DNA from: an archaeon
GTDB taxonomy: Archaea > Nanobdellota > Nanobdellia > Pacearchaeales > GW2011-AR1
Direction: 5' to 3'
Length of the DNA: 51,898 bases
Assembly (NCBI GenBank): GCA_043821945.1
Contig: JBDRCH010000003.1
Location: forward strand, 1-51,898
This document shows positions 7,222 through 17,167 of this stretch, piece after piece. The translations under genes were made by a program, and so were the position numbers. The notes below the pieces were generated by a model. That model saw only the letters and a list, made by a program, of their open reading frames with translations, had not been told where the DNA came from and did no database searches. The first letter of the stretch is position 1, and each line of letters begins with the position of its first letter.

Positions 7222-9058
7222 AAAGGCACAGGTTACAATTTTTATATTAATTGCAGTTATTTTGGTGAGTTTGGTTATAGGATTTTTTCTTTTGAAGGAT
7301 AGATTATCGAAAGAAGGACTTCCTACGAGTGTTGAACCTGCTTATAAAAGTTTTTTATCCTGCTTAGAAGAAGAAACTTTAGTAGGAGTGTCTCTTTTAG
7401 AAAGTCAAGCTGGATATATTGAACTACCTAATTTTGAGTTTGGCTCAGAGCATATGCCTTTTGGTTCTCAATTAAATTTTTTAGGAAATCCTATCCCTTA
7501 TTGGTATTATGTTTCTGGAAATAATATACAAAAAGAGCAAGTTCCTTCTAGGAGTAATATGGAAGAACAGCTTGGAAATTTCATAGAGCAGAAGATAAAG
7601 AACTGTGATTTTAGTAGTTATTATGAACAAGGATTTGAGATTAATTTAGGAGATCCTGAGACATCAATTAAAATTAAGAGTAATAAGATTGATGTTAATT
7701 TGAATATGAATATGAATTTTGTTAAAGGAGAAGATAATTCTATAATCAATAGTCATAAAATAACTGTTGATTCTGAATTAGGAAATCTTTATGATTCTGC
7801 AATTAAAATTTATGAAAAAGAACAAGAAGAATTATTCTTAGAAAATTATGCAGTTGATATTTTAAGACTTTATGCACCTGTTGATGGTGTTGAGTTAACC
7901 TGCTCTCCAAAAATTTGGAACGCTGAAGAAATTTTTGATGGATTAGAAGAAGCTATTGAAGCAAATACTCTTGCATTAAAATCAGAGGGAGGGGATTATT
8001 CTTTAAATGAAAAACAAGATGAATATTTCGTTATTGATTTAGATGTGAATGAAGATGTTAGATTTATTAATTCAAGAAATTGGGCACATGGTTTTGAAGT
8101 TAGTCCAAGCGAAGAGAGTGTGTTGATTTCTAAACCAGTAGGAAGTCAACTAGGATTGGGAATTTTAGGTTTTTGTTATGTTCCTTACCATTTTGTTTAC
8201 AATGTTCGATACCCTGTTTTAATTCAGGTTTATAGGAATGAAGAAATTTTCCAATTTCCTTTTGCAGTTGTTATTCAAGGAAATAATCCTCGAGAAGCTT
8301 TAGATGTTAGTGCTGTAGAAGTAGGATTAACTGAATTATGTCAATACAAAAATAATCTTATTGAAGTTAATACTTATGACACTAATTTAAAATTAGTTGA
8401 TTCAGATATTTCTTATGAATGTTTTGGGACTACATGTAGCATTGGAAAAACAGAGAATGGAAAATTGTCTGGAGATTTTCCTCAATGTGCAAATGGATAT
8501 ATTTTAGCAAGATCAGAAGGATTTGATGATGCAAAATATTTGTATTCAACTAATAAGGAAGGAAGTGTAGATATAATCATGAGCAAACTTTATAGAATTG
8601 ATTTAAATTTGAAATTAGATGGAAGAGATTATGGAAAAGATGCTATAATTAGTTTTATTTCAGATAAGAATTCTAAGACTATTATTTATCCTGAAACAAA
8701 AAGTGTTGAGCTTAGCGAAGGCCAGTATGAAATCCAGGTTTCTGTTTATAGAAATTCTTCTATTAGATTAGATGCAACAACACACGAGCAGTGTGTTGAA
8801 ATTCCTAAATCTGGATTAGGGGGATTGTTTGGAATTACTGAAGAAAAATGTTTTGAGATTGATATCCCTAGTCAGGTTGTTTCAAATGCTCTTGCTGGGG
8901 GGGGCAAGGAGAATTATTATGTCTTGGAATCTGAATTAAAAAATTCAAATACTCTTGAAATAAATGCAGAGAGTTTGAATATTCCAAAATCAATTGAAGA
9001 ATTGCAAAATAATTATATCTTATTTGAAAATAATGATTTGGATGTGGTGTTTAAATGA
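7211..9058 (+). CDS. Large protein with a class III (type IV pilin-like) signal peptide
   Basis: MESRKA/QVTIFILIAVILVSL matches the archaeal prepilin-peptidase motif; GGAGGT RBS; ATGA overlap with the next gene. Confidence 0.8.
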   Translation: MESRKAQVTIFILIAVILVSLVIGFFLLKDRLSKEGLPTSVEPAYKSFLSCLEEETLVGVSLLESQAGYIELPNFEFGSEHMPFGSQLNFLGNPIPYWYYVSGNNIQKEQVPSRSNMEEQLGNFIEQKIKNCDFSSYYEQGFEINLGDPETSIKIKSNKIDVNLNMNMNFVKGEDNSIINSHKITVDSELGNLYDSAIKIYEKEQEELFLENYAVDILRLYAPVDGVELTCSPKIWNAEEIFDGLEEAIEANTLALKSEGGDYSLNEKQDEYFVIDLDVNEDVRFINSRNWAHGFEVSPSEESVLISKPVGSQLGLGILGFCYVPYHFVYNVRYPVLIQVYRNEEIFQFPFAVVIQGNNPREALDVSAVEVGLTELCQYKNNLIEVNTYDTNLKLVDSDISYECFGTTCSIGKTENGKLSGDFPQCANGYILARSEGFDDAKYLYSTNKEGSVDIIMSKLYRIDLNLKLDGRDYGKDAIISFISDKNSKTIIYPETKSVELSEGQYEIQVSVYRNSSIRLDATTHEQCVEIPKSGLGGLFGITEEKCFEIDIPSQVVSNALAGGGKENYYVLESELKNSNTLEINAESLNIPKSIEELQNNYILFENNDLDVVFK

Positions 9059-12000
9059 TAAATAAAAAAATAATAAATTTTGGAATTATTTTTTTAATTG
9101 GAATTTTGGTTATTTCTTTAGTTAGTGCAAGTTATTCTCGGGTAAATCCAAATTATGGGGCTTTTGATTCATTTGTTAGAGAGAATCCAATATCTGATAA
9201 AGAAAGATGTGAAGCAGGGCAGGATTTTATTTTACAAATTGCTCCTTTGGGTTGCACTCCTGCTGTTGTAAGAAGTGATCTTCTTGAAGAGCAGAATGTT
9301 CCTGTGTTTTGTCAAGTTGCAGCTACAAAAATTAATCCATTAATTGATGTAGAGGCAATAGAAGGAATTTCTTTTTCAGGACAATATCCTAAAGAAGTTT
9401 CTGGTGTTGGTTTTCATCCTGCGCAAGCAGCTTTAGGTGTTAGTGGTGATTTAAATTCTCCACTTTTGAATAATATTGGTTATGCTGTTATTGTTTTGAA
9501 AAAGCAAGAGAGTGAAAGAGATATGCCTGATTTTGTTTCTGGAAATTTGACTGCTAATTTGAGATATGACATTAAGAATGCTTTTGGAATTGGAAGGGCA
9601 AGCTTTTATCTTCCTGAAATTGAGAATAGTGAATGGGAGAATAGAAAAACTCAGTATAGTTTTTGGCAGGGAAGAGGATATTTGAGAGCAGAAAATATTG
9701 ATAATGATAAAGCAACAATTTCTGTTTATAATGATCTGAAAAAAATTTCTAGTGTAAATTTGGACAAGGGAGAAACTTCTGGAGATATTTATCTTCCTGG
9801 ATTTGATTGTTTGGCTGGGTTAAGGTTGAGATTGGATAGCCTTGAAAATCCAGATAAAAGAGTTAAGTTAGATATTAATGGAGAGATTGTTGAAGTTGCT
9901 GAAGGAGAGAAATTTTTGGAGAATAAATGTTTTGTAAGAAATATTGATAAAAAAGGAATTGTAGAAGAAGTTGAGATCAGATGTGATACAGATGATCAGA
10001 AAAATAAGAGAATTGATTTGAAAGTTAGTCCTAATGTGAAATTAGAAATAGAGGGAGTTAAGCAAACAGAATTTGAGGTGGGGGATATTTTATATCAAGA
10101 TGAAGTTGATTCTATGAGAAATATATTTTTAGGATATGTTGGAAAAGGTAAAGATGGGAAATTATTTGCTATGTTTGCAATGACAACTGCAAAAAGCAAA
10201 GAAGAATATTTGAATTCAATTGATATGAGAATAATAAAAGAAATTGCAGAAGTTGAAGAAAGTTATTATAAAAGGGGGGAAAAAGATCTTGTAACTGAGT
10301 TGAAAAAAGATTTAGCTTTTATGACTATAATTTCTAATGCAATTACAAGGGGGAGTGATTATAGTTATGCAATTTATGAGGGGGGTGATAGTGTGGAAGG
10401 AATATTTAGATTTAGGAATTTTTATGAAATTTTTCTCAAAATAAAAGAGATAATTTTTAAGGATACTTATACTATTAAAAAAATTAAGTTTGTAGGTCTT
10501 GCTGGACCAGAAGATAAATTATCTAAAGATGGATTTAGTGAAAATTACAAAAACGCAAAAGAAGATTATGATAGAGTGACGAGCAGTTTTGGTGGGGAGA
10601 ATTGTGGGGAAATAACTTGCGGTGAAGAAGCATTATATAAGATGATTATCCTTGCGTTTGATAATAATCAAAAAAAGACAACTGTTGATTTGTGTGAAAA
10701 GTTTAATAAAGATTATCCTGAATCTAAAAAGAATTTGAATGAATATTGTAAGGATAAATTAAAGCTTTCAAGTTCTGAGTCTTCAACTCAAGATGTTGTG
10801 ATAAATAATAGGGTTAAGAGAATTTCTTTTGAAGAAATTTATGAGCCAAGTTTTGAGGATTATGGAGCTGTGATTAGTGTGAGTGGAACTAAAGATAGAG
10901 TTTATGATTTCCCTTATAATTTAGAAAAAGGTGAACAAGTTAAACTTTCTGATAATGAATTTTTTGAATTAAAAGAAGTCAATGACGATTATGTTTTAAT
11001 TCATGCAGAGGTTAAGCCAGAAGGAATTGTAGATAAGTTAATAATTCAACAGAAGGATTATAAGATTAAATTAAACAGCTACGAGGTTATTGGAGATGAT
11101 AGATATCAAATTAGATTAGAAAAAATTAATCTTAAAAAATCAGCAAAGGTTTCTGTTATACCAAATGTTAATAATGTTGGTACAACTGCGAGTTTTCCAT
11201 TTAAAGTTGGAATTGAAAAAAGATCTATTCAATTATCTCCTGAAAAAACAAAAGAGAGAATTGGGAATTTAGATGAGACAATTAAAGAATGGGAAGATAA
11301 ATCTAATAAATTAGGAAATGTTGTTAAGGGTTTGAAAGGGGCTTGTTTAGCTACTGGAGCTACATTAACAATTAAGAATTTTATTGAAAATGGTCTTTTT
11401 AGTAGTGGAAAATCAATTGCAAGGCAGAATGTTATGAGGGGTGAAGGAGGGTGGAATTCAAGATGCGCTGATGCTGTTGGAGGTAGTGGGGAATTAGCAA
11501 GCAAAGGATATAAAACAATTAATGAGTGTTTGACTAAAGAATCGTCAAATATAGACGAAGAAGTTGATAAATATTATGGAGTAATGTCTGAACAAAATGA
11601 GGATATAAAAGAATTGCAAAAGGAATGTGAACAAGATTCTGGGATTATTGATAGTTTGTTGGGAGGTAAATCTATTGATACTGATTGTTTTAAGGATAAA
11701 TTAATTTCAGATAGTTATAAGAAAGAGTTGGTAGCAAATTGTGGGGGCAATATTAAAGTTAGTAGTGATAAAGAAGTTCCTTGTTCTGAAATAATTAATA
11801 TGATTGATAAAGATTCTATTGGTGTTGAGCAATTGAGAAGATTGCAGTTAAATTCAAGAGTTGATTCTGATATGGCTAAAAGTCAGTTTGAAAAAGATCT
11901 CAAGGATATTTATGTTAATAATGAGAAGAGAGTTGAGGTTGAAGATATTGCAAATCAATTGGGTCAAAAACCAGAAGATGTGGCTCTTTTTTTGAGAAAA

Positions 12001-15000
12001 GATGCTAAGGAATTAAAGTATACTGGTCAAACTTATGGGAATATTAAGAGTAAAATAGGAATTATTGTGGATTACACAAGAGAGAGAAGTGATAGTGTAA
12101 TTTATCTTGATGATAACACTCCTATACAGACTATCTGGACTTCTGATGGGAAAAAATATGTTGCAGTATTAGATAAAAATGGAGATAAATATGCTATTAG
12201 AAAAAATGGTCTTTATGATTTTAATGGAATTGCTGTTGAAGATGAAGAATTAACTAAGGCAATTTATTTTAAAGAATATGATTCTTCTACTTATGAAAAT
12301 AAATTCAAATCTGTTTCTGGTGAAACAGGTGTTGTTGTGAAGTTTTATGAGACAGATCCTTACAAAGGTCTTCCTGCACTTGTGCCTTTTGATTTGAAAA
12401 ATGGTTGGTATGTTGCAACACAACAGACTCTTCCTGTTTTAGGAAATATAAAACCTTATGATGAATCTGGAAGAGTTACTAGTTTGTGGTTGTGTAATGT
12501 TGGTGATAATGGAGTTGCTGAATTTAAATCTGGAATTGGAGATGATATTTGCAGACAAGTTAATTTAGGAACAGGACAGCCATATGATGTTTTTTCTGGA
12601 TTAGATACAAATGATGCCTCGAAATTTGTTAGATGTGCTGTTGATGCAATTGAAGATGCTTCAAGGCATAAATCAGGAGGGAAAGTTAGCATAAGTACTA
12701 CTTGTGATGGTTCGCATTCTATTAATATTGGAAAGCCTGCTGTTGATATTCCAGAAATGCAGTGCCAGGATTTTATGTCTCCTAAAGAATGTAATATTTT
12801 GTTTAATGTTTGTGATCCTGTTATTTGTCCTTCAAGTAGATGTAATTTAGGAGGAACTTATCATGTTCAAGATGTTGTGCAATCTGGAATAATTGGGAGT
12901 ATTGCATTGTGTTTGCCTAATATTCGGGAGGGAATTTATGTTCCGGTTTGTTTAACTGGAATTCAAGCAGGAATTGATGGTTATTTATCAATTGCAAAAG
13001 CACATAGAGATTGTTTACAGGAAAGTTTAGATACTGGAAAGACTGTTGGAATTTGTGATGAGATTTATTCAATACATCTTTGTGAATTTTTTTGGAGGCA
13101 AGGACTTCCTGTGGCAAAATTAATCTTGCCTAAATTAATTGAATTAGCAATGGGGCAAGGAATTCGTGGAGGAGGAGAATATTTAGGTGTTGCAGAAGCA
13201 TGGGCTAATGCTGATAAGTCTGTAACTTACTTTACTCAATATTATGCTGCAAATTCTTACAAGGCATTTAAAGCAAGAACAGCAGAAGATGTTGGAGGAG
13301 AAGTTTGCAAGAGTTTTGTTTCTGGAGTTTATCCTGAAGGAGGAAATTTATTAGATTCATTAACAGAGCCTGATTCACCTTCTCAATTTCATGGAAGATT
13401 TGATGAGATTCCATTCACAACAGCAACTGTTCCACCTGTTTCGCAGTATAAAGTATTTTATCATATTTATGCAGGAAAAGATTCAGGAGTTTATTATCAA
13501 GTTTATTTAAAGAGTGGTTCAGAGAGTTCATTTTATCAAGACACTTCTTACAGAAAGATTGTTGATTCTGGTTATGTTACAAGGGGGCAATATGTTGATG
13601 AGACAAAGGATTTTACTGCACCTGCTGGTTACAAAGAGATGTGTATTAGAGTTAATGATCAAGAAGAATGTGGGTTTAAGCAGGTTTCAACTTCTTATGC
13701 TGTTAATTATATTAAAGATAAATATATGGAAGATCAGGCAAGTCAGAAAAATATTAAGACTGGAAAAGAATGTATTTCTGGAACTGCGAGTGTTTATAGT
13801 TTAATCTCTCCTAATCTGCAAGAAGGTGTTGATGAAGCTATTAATCCTGCAATTTATGAAAGAGGAATAATTAGAATTTGCGCAACTGATAATCCTGGAA
13901 AAGGAACAGATGCAAAAGCAGGAATGAATGGTTCAAGATGGATTCCTATTGGTTATTGTGATGATCAGAAAATAATATGTTGGCAAGATCAGAATAGTAT
14001 TAAGAATGTTATTAATGATTTAAATATTGAATCTAAAGTTTTATCAGAACAAACAAATAATTATTTAGAAATTTTGGAAAAAGAAGGAAATTATGAAAAG
14101 AAAAAAGTAATTGATAAATTAATTGAGGATATAAATGATGGAAAACTTGGTCCTAAAGAGATAATCAAGAAAATTAGTGATATTATAGGAAGAGTTTTTT
14201 GGAATAATCAAAAAGCGAGATTGTTTTTAGAAAGAGGTAATGCTTATGGGGTGTTGGCTGGGGAAGATAGAAAAGCAAGGGAGCAGGAGAGAAGTTCAGG
14301 AGGAGGTGGGGTTGGAGGTAGTTTTGATGAAGGTGAGATATCTAAGTTAAATGAATGTAGTGATTGTGATAAGTGGGAAGATGGAGTTACTTGTACTGAA
14401 GAATTATGCAACCAGATTGGGGAAAATTTAGATAAGAATTGTCAATACGAAGATTCGTGGATCTCTTTTACTGAAGGTAGTTGTAAAGAAGTATTTTCTT
14501 ATGGCAAAAATGCTGAAGATGAATGTAAGATTTTTTGCGGTGGTTTACAATATAAGATAGAGGATAGTTGTTTAGAGAACTTAGGAGATTTATCTTTTTT
14601 AAAACAAAAGGTAAATCCTCTTGCTGCTCTAAAAACTTGTTGTTGTTATGCAGAAATCAAATCCATTTTCCTAAAGAAGACTGATGGAATTTCTACTAAG
14701 AATCTTCAACAAATTAATGAGCGATATTCTCCTTGTGGAGGTTATTCTTTTTTAATAACCTATGCAGCTAAAAAATATAATATTCCTGATCCCTTGTTTT
14801 TAATGTCTCTTATGATTCATGAATCTTCTCATAATGGAATTTATTGTGATGTGAATGATGATACTGATGAATCTTATGGATTAATGCAATTGACAAAAGG
14901 AACTGTTGAATTTTATTGTGCTGGAAAAATAAATGGAATAAGTAATTTTGATGATATTAAGGGTTCTGGAAATACTAATAATAATATCAACTGCGGAGCT

Positions 15001-15204
15001 AAAATTTTGAGGGATAAGTATGAAGAATTTAAAGATGGAAAACAATTTAGTGGGGCGTGTACTGAGGAATATAAAAAGATTGTCTATGAAGAATGGGCTG
15101 CTGCTTTAAGAGGTTATAATGGTTGGGGGTGTAATGTAAATTATCCTCAGCAAGATAAATTTGTTGATAATGTTCTTGAGATTTATGATTCTTTTGAAAT
15201 TTGA
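9055..15204 (+). CDS. Giant secreted Cys-rich protein with a C-terminal lytic transglycosylase (SLT-like) domain
   Basis: Signal peptide (…LVSA). C-terminal motifs AAKKYNI…LM.H-ES (E1923), SYGLMQ, NI.CGAK.L, W.AALRGYNG and FVDNV. Confidence 0.8.
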   Translation: MINKKIINFGIIFLIGILVISLVSASYSRVNPNYGAFDSFVRENPISDKERCEAGQDFILQIAPLGCTPAVVRSDLLEEQNVPVFCQVAATKINPLIDVEAIEGISFSGQYPKEVSGVGFHPAQAALGVSGDLNSPLLNNIGYAVIVLKKQESERDMPDFVSGNLTANLRYDIKNAFGIGRASFYLPEIENSEWENRKTQYSFWQGRGYLRAENIDNDKATISVYNDLKKISSVNLDKGETSGDIYLPGFDCLAGLRLRLDSLENPDKRVKLDINGEIVEVAEGEKFLENKCFVRNIDKKGIVEEVEIRCDTDDQKNKRIDLKVSPNVKLEIEGVKQTEFEVGDILYQDEVDSMRNIFLGYVGKGKDGKLFAMFAMTTAKSKEEYLNSIDMRIIKEIAEVEESYYKRGEKDLVTELKKDLAFMTIISNAITRGSDYSYAIYEGGDSVEGIFRFRNFYEIFLKIKEIIFKDTYTIKKIKFVGLAGPEDKLSKDGFSENYKNAKEDYDRVTSSFGGENCGEITCGEEALYKMIILAFDNNQKKTTVDLCEKFNKDYPESKKNLNEYCKDKLKLSSSESSTQDVVINNRVKRISFEEIYEPSFEDYGAVISVSGTKDRVYDFPYNLEKGEQVKLSDNEFFELKEVNDDYVLIHAEVKPEGIVDKLIIQQKDYKIKLNSYEVIGDDRYQIRLEKINLKKSAKVSVIPNVNNVGTTASFPFKVGIEKRSIQLSPEKTKERIGNLDETIKEWEDKSNKLGNVVKGLKGACLATGATLTIKNFIENGLFSSGKSIARQNVMRGEGGWNSRCADAVGGSGELASKGYKTINECLTKESSNIDEEVDKYYGVMSEQNEDIKELQKECEQDSGIIDSLLGGKSIDTDCFKDKLISDSYKKELVANCGGNIKVSSDKEVPCSEIINMIDKDSIGVEQLRRLQLNSRVDSDMAKSQFEKDLKDIYVNNEKRVEVEDIANQLGQKPEDVALFLRKDAKELKYTGQTYGNIKSKIGIIVDYTRERSDSVIYLDDNTPIQTIWTSDGKKYVAVLDKNGDKYAIRKNGLYDFNGIAVEDEELTKAIYFKEYDSSTYENKFKSVSGETGVVVKFYETDPYKGLPALVPFDLKNGWYVATQQTLPVLGNIKPYDESGRVTSLWLCNVGDNGVAEFKSGIGDDICRQVNLGTGQPYDVFSGLDTNDASKFVRCAVDAIEDASRHKSGGKVSISTTCDGSHSINIGKPAVDIPEMQCQDFMSPKECNILFNVCDPVICPSSRCNLGGTYHVQDVVQSGIIGSIALCLPNIREGIYVPVCLTGIQAGIDGYLSIAKAHRDCLQESLDTGKTVGICDEIYSIHLCEFFWRQGLPVAKLILPKLIELAMGQGIRGGGEYLGVAEAWANADKSVTYFTQYYAANSYKAFKARTAEDVGGEVCKSFVSGVYPEGGNLLDSLTEPDSPSQFHGRFDEIPFTTATVPPVSQYKVFYHIYAGKDSGVYYQVYLKSGSESSFYQDTSYRKIVDSGYVTRGQYVDETKDFTAPAGYKEMCIRVNDQEECGFKQVSTSYAVNYIKDKYMEDQASQKNIKTGKECISGTASVYSLISPNLQEGVDEAINPAIYERGIIRICATDNPGKGTDAKAGMNGSRWIPIGYCDDQKIICWQDQNSIKNVINDLNIESKVLSEQTNNYLEILEKEGNYEKKKVIDKLIEDINDGKLGPKEIIKKISDIIGRVFWNNQKARLFLERGNAYGVLAGEDRKAREQERSSGGGGVGGSFDEGEISKLNECSDCDKWEDGVTCTEELCNQIGENLDKNCQYEDSWISFTEGSCKEVFSYGKNAEDECKIFCGGLQYKIEDSCLENLGDLSFLKQKVNPLAALKTCCCYAEIKSIFLKKTDGISTKNLQQINERYSPCGGYSFLITYAAKKYNIPDPLFLMSLMIHESSHNGIYCDVNDDTDESYGLMQLTKGTVEFYCAGKINGISNFDDIKGSGNTNNNINCGAKILRDKYEEFKDGKQFSGACTEEYKKIVYEEWAAALRGYNGWGCNVNYPQQDKFVDNVLEIYDSFEI

Positions 15205-15224
15205 TTAATTTTAAAAATATTAAA

Positions 15225-15308
15225 TGCGGAGAGAAGGATTCGAACCCTCGTAGGCACTAAGCCAACAGGTCCTAAGCCTGTCCCGTTTGACCACTCCGGC
15301 ATCTCCGC
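15225..15308 (-). tRNA. tRNA-Leu(TAG)
   Basis: ACAGG-CTTAGGA-CCTGT anticodon arm, long variable arm, TTCGAAT T-loop. Confidence 0.95.
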
Positions 15309-15358
15309 ATAGAATTAATGATTATCTGAGATATAAAAAGGTTTAGAATTACAGAAAA

Positions 15359-16282
15359 TTATTTCTTTTTTGATGCAGCTTCTTTTTGTTTTATTTTTTC
15401 TTCGAGATTTAATCTTTCAATTAATTCCTTATATCTATTTCTTATTGTAACTTCTGTTATCCCTGCAATGTCTGCAACTTCTCTTTGAGTTTTTTTCTCA
15501 TCGTTCATTAGGGCTGCGACATATAATGCTGCTGCTGCAATTCCTGCAGGACCTCTCCCAGAAGTTAATTCAACACCTTCCGCTTGTTTTAATACTTTCA
15601 ATGCATCATTTTGGGTTTTTGGGGATAATTTCAAGACAGACGAAAATCTTGAAATGTAATCTTTTGGAGAACTTTGTTTTATTCTAATTCCTAATTTTCT
15701 TATTATAAATCTATATGTCCTCCCTATTTCTTTTCTTTCAACATCTGAAGCAGTTGCCATTTCATCAAGGGTTCTTGGAATATTATATGAACGGCATGCT
15801 GCATAAAGACACGCCGCGATTACTGATTCCATACTTCTTCCTCTAACTAATCCTCTTTGTAAAACATAATTATAAATTCTTGATGCTTCATCTCTTACAA
15901 CATTTGGAAGATTTAAGTAAGATGCAATAACCCTTAATTCAGCCATTGCTAATCTCAAATTTCTTTCAATACTTGTTGATACTCTTTCTTGCCATTTTTT
16001 TAATCTTAAAAATTTTCTTGTTTGTCCTGGATCTAATTTGTATATATCTGAAATTTCTCCTACATTAGTAGTTAAACCTTTGTCAAATTTTTGCATAGAA
16101 ATCGGTGCTCCTCCTCTGCCCTTTTTTTCATTCTTGTCAAATTTACCTTGAAGGTCTATTCCTGTGTCGACCATTTTTTCTTCTACGACAAGCCCACAAT
16201 CATTGCATATAACTTCCCCAAGATGAGGATTATAAGTTAGATTAATGCTTCCACATTCAGTACATTTTCTTATAAAAGTCAT
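15359..16282 (-). CDS. tfb: Transcription initiation factor IIB
   Basis: N-terminal Zn ribbon (CTECG…CNDCG) and two cyclin repeats (RGRS, TQREVA…TEVTIRNRYKEL). Confidence 0.97.
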   Translation of the reverse strand: MTFIRKCTECGSINLTYNPHLGEVICNDCGLVVEEKMVDTGIDLQGKFDKNEKKGRGGAPISMQKFDKGLTTNVGEISDIYKLDPGQTRKFLRLKKWQERVSTSIERNLRLAMAELRVIASYLNLPNVVRDEASRIYNYVLQRGLVRGRSMESVIAACLYAACRSYNIPRTLDEMATASDVERKEIGRTYRFIIRKLGIRIKQSSPKDYISRFSSVLKLSPKTQNDALKVLKQAEGVELTSGRGPAGIAAAALYVAALMNDEKKTQREVADIAGITEVTIRNRYKELIERLNLEEKIKQKEAASKKK

Positions 16283-16384
16283 TTTTATAGAGGTAAATTA
16301 GGTTAATAGCAACCTTTATAAATAGTTGTCTTTTATAAACTTTTTGTTTTTTATAGTTATGTAAGAATAGTGAAAATTTGTTTT

Positions 16385-16750
16385 TTATTCTGCTAAAATT
16401 CCATTAACAACACCTTCTTGGCTTGGGCGATTAGTAACTTTTACTTTTCCAATTTCTGTTTCAAGAATTGTCCCTTTTGTGATTATGTTTTGTCTTGCTA
16501 GAAATCTATTCGAAGGAGTTTCAAGAACATTTTTTATTTCTACTTTTGAAGTTTTGTCTTCTGATTTGACATTTACAAATTTTGTTTTCAGAGTCATTGT
16601 TTTTTTGTTTCCACCAAGTGTTCTTTTTGTTTTTCTTTTTTCTTCACCTTTTTTTACTACTCTCTTTTGCCCAGCTATTTCATAGGATTTCTTTTTTCTA
16701 TTTTTGATATATTTTCCTCCAGATATTTTTTTCCCTTTGTTCATATTCAA
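16385..16750 (-). CDS. rps8e: 30S ribosomal protein S8e
   Basis: GGN.K, RQNIITKG and VTNRPSQEGVVNG motifs. Confidence 0.95.
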   Translation of the reverse strand: MNMNKGKKISGGKYIKNRKKKSYEIAGQKRVVKKGEEKRKTKRTLGGNKKTMTLKTKFVNVKSEDKTSKVEIKNVLETPSNRFLARQNIITKGTILETEIGKVKVTNRPSQEGVVNGILAE

Positions 16751-16884
16751 CTAATTAGATTTTTATTTAAAAATGCTTCTATTGATTGATTTATTTAAAT
16801 TTTTTAAAATTTTATTCTTATAAAACAATTCATTATATTCTTGAAAACAAAAACATTTAAAAATAGAGATTACAAAACTATCTT

Positions 16885-17136
16885 ATGGTTAATGGAATTG
16901 AAAGACCTTTAGATTTGTTGAATAATTCAAAGAATGAAGAAGTTTTAGTTCATCTTAAGGGCGATAAACAATTTGTTGGTAAGTTATTGGCTTTTGATAT
17001 TCATATAAATTTGGTCTTAGATAATACAAAAGAAATGCAAGACAATGAGATAAAAAGAAATCTTGGATTGACTTTTTTGAGGGGAGATACAATAATCTTT
17101 ATTTCTCCAGCGTCAACTGCTTTAAAGAAAGAGTAA
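16885..17136 (+). CDS. Sm-like archaeal protein (LSm family)
   Basis: RPLD.L, GKL.AFD.H.NLVL and LRGD motifs. Confidence 0.93.
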   Translation: MVNGIERPLDLLNNSKNEEVLVHLKGDKQFVGKLLAFDIHINLVLDNTKEMQDNEIKRNLGLTFLRGDTIIFISPASTALKKE

Positions 17137-17167
17137 TTATATAAATTCTTTTTTGCTTATCATTCTT

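Noticed and set aside
7047-7229. 60-aa minus-strand ORF
   Set aside because: It is antisense to the better-supported plus-strand RHH-like ORF 7081..7221, which has an RBS and operon context.
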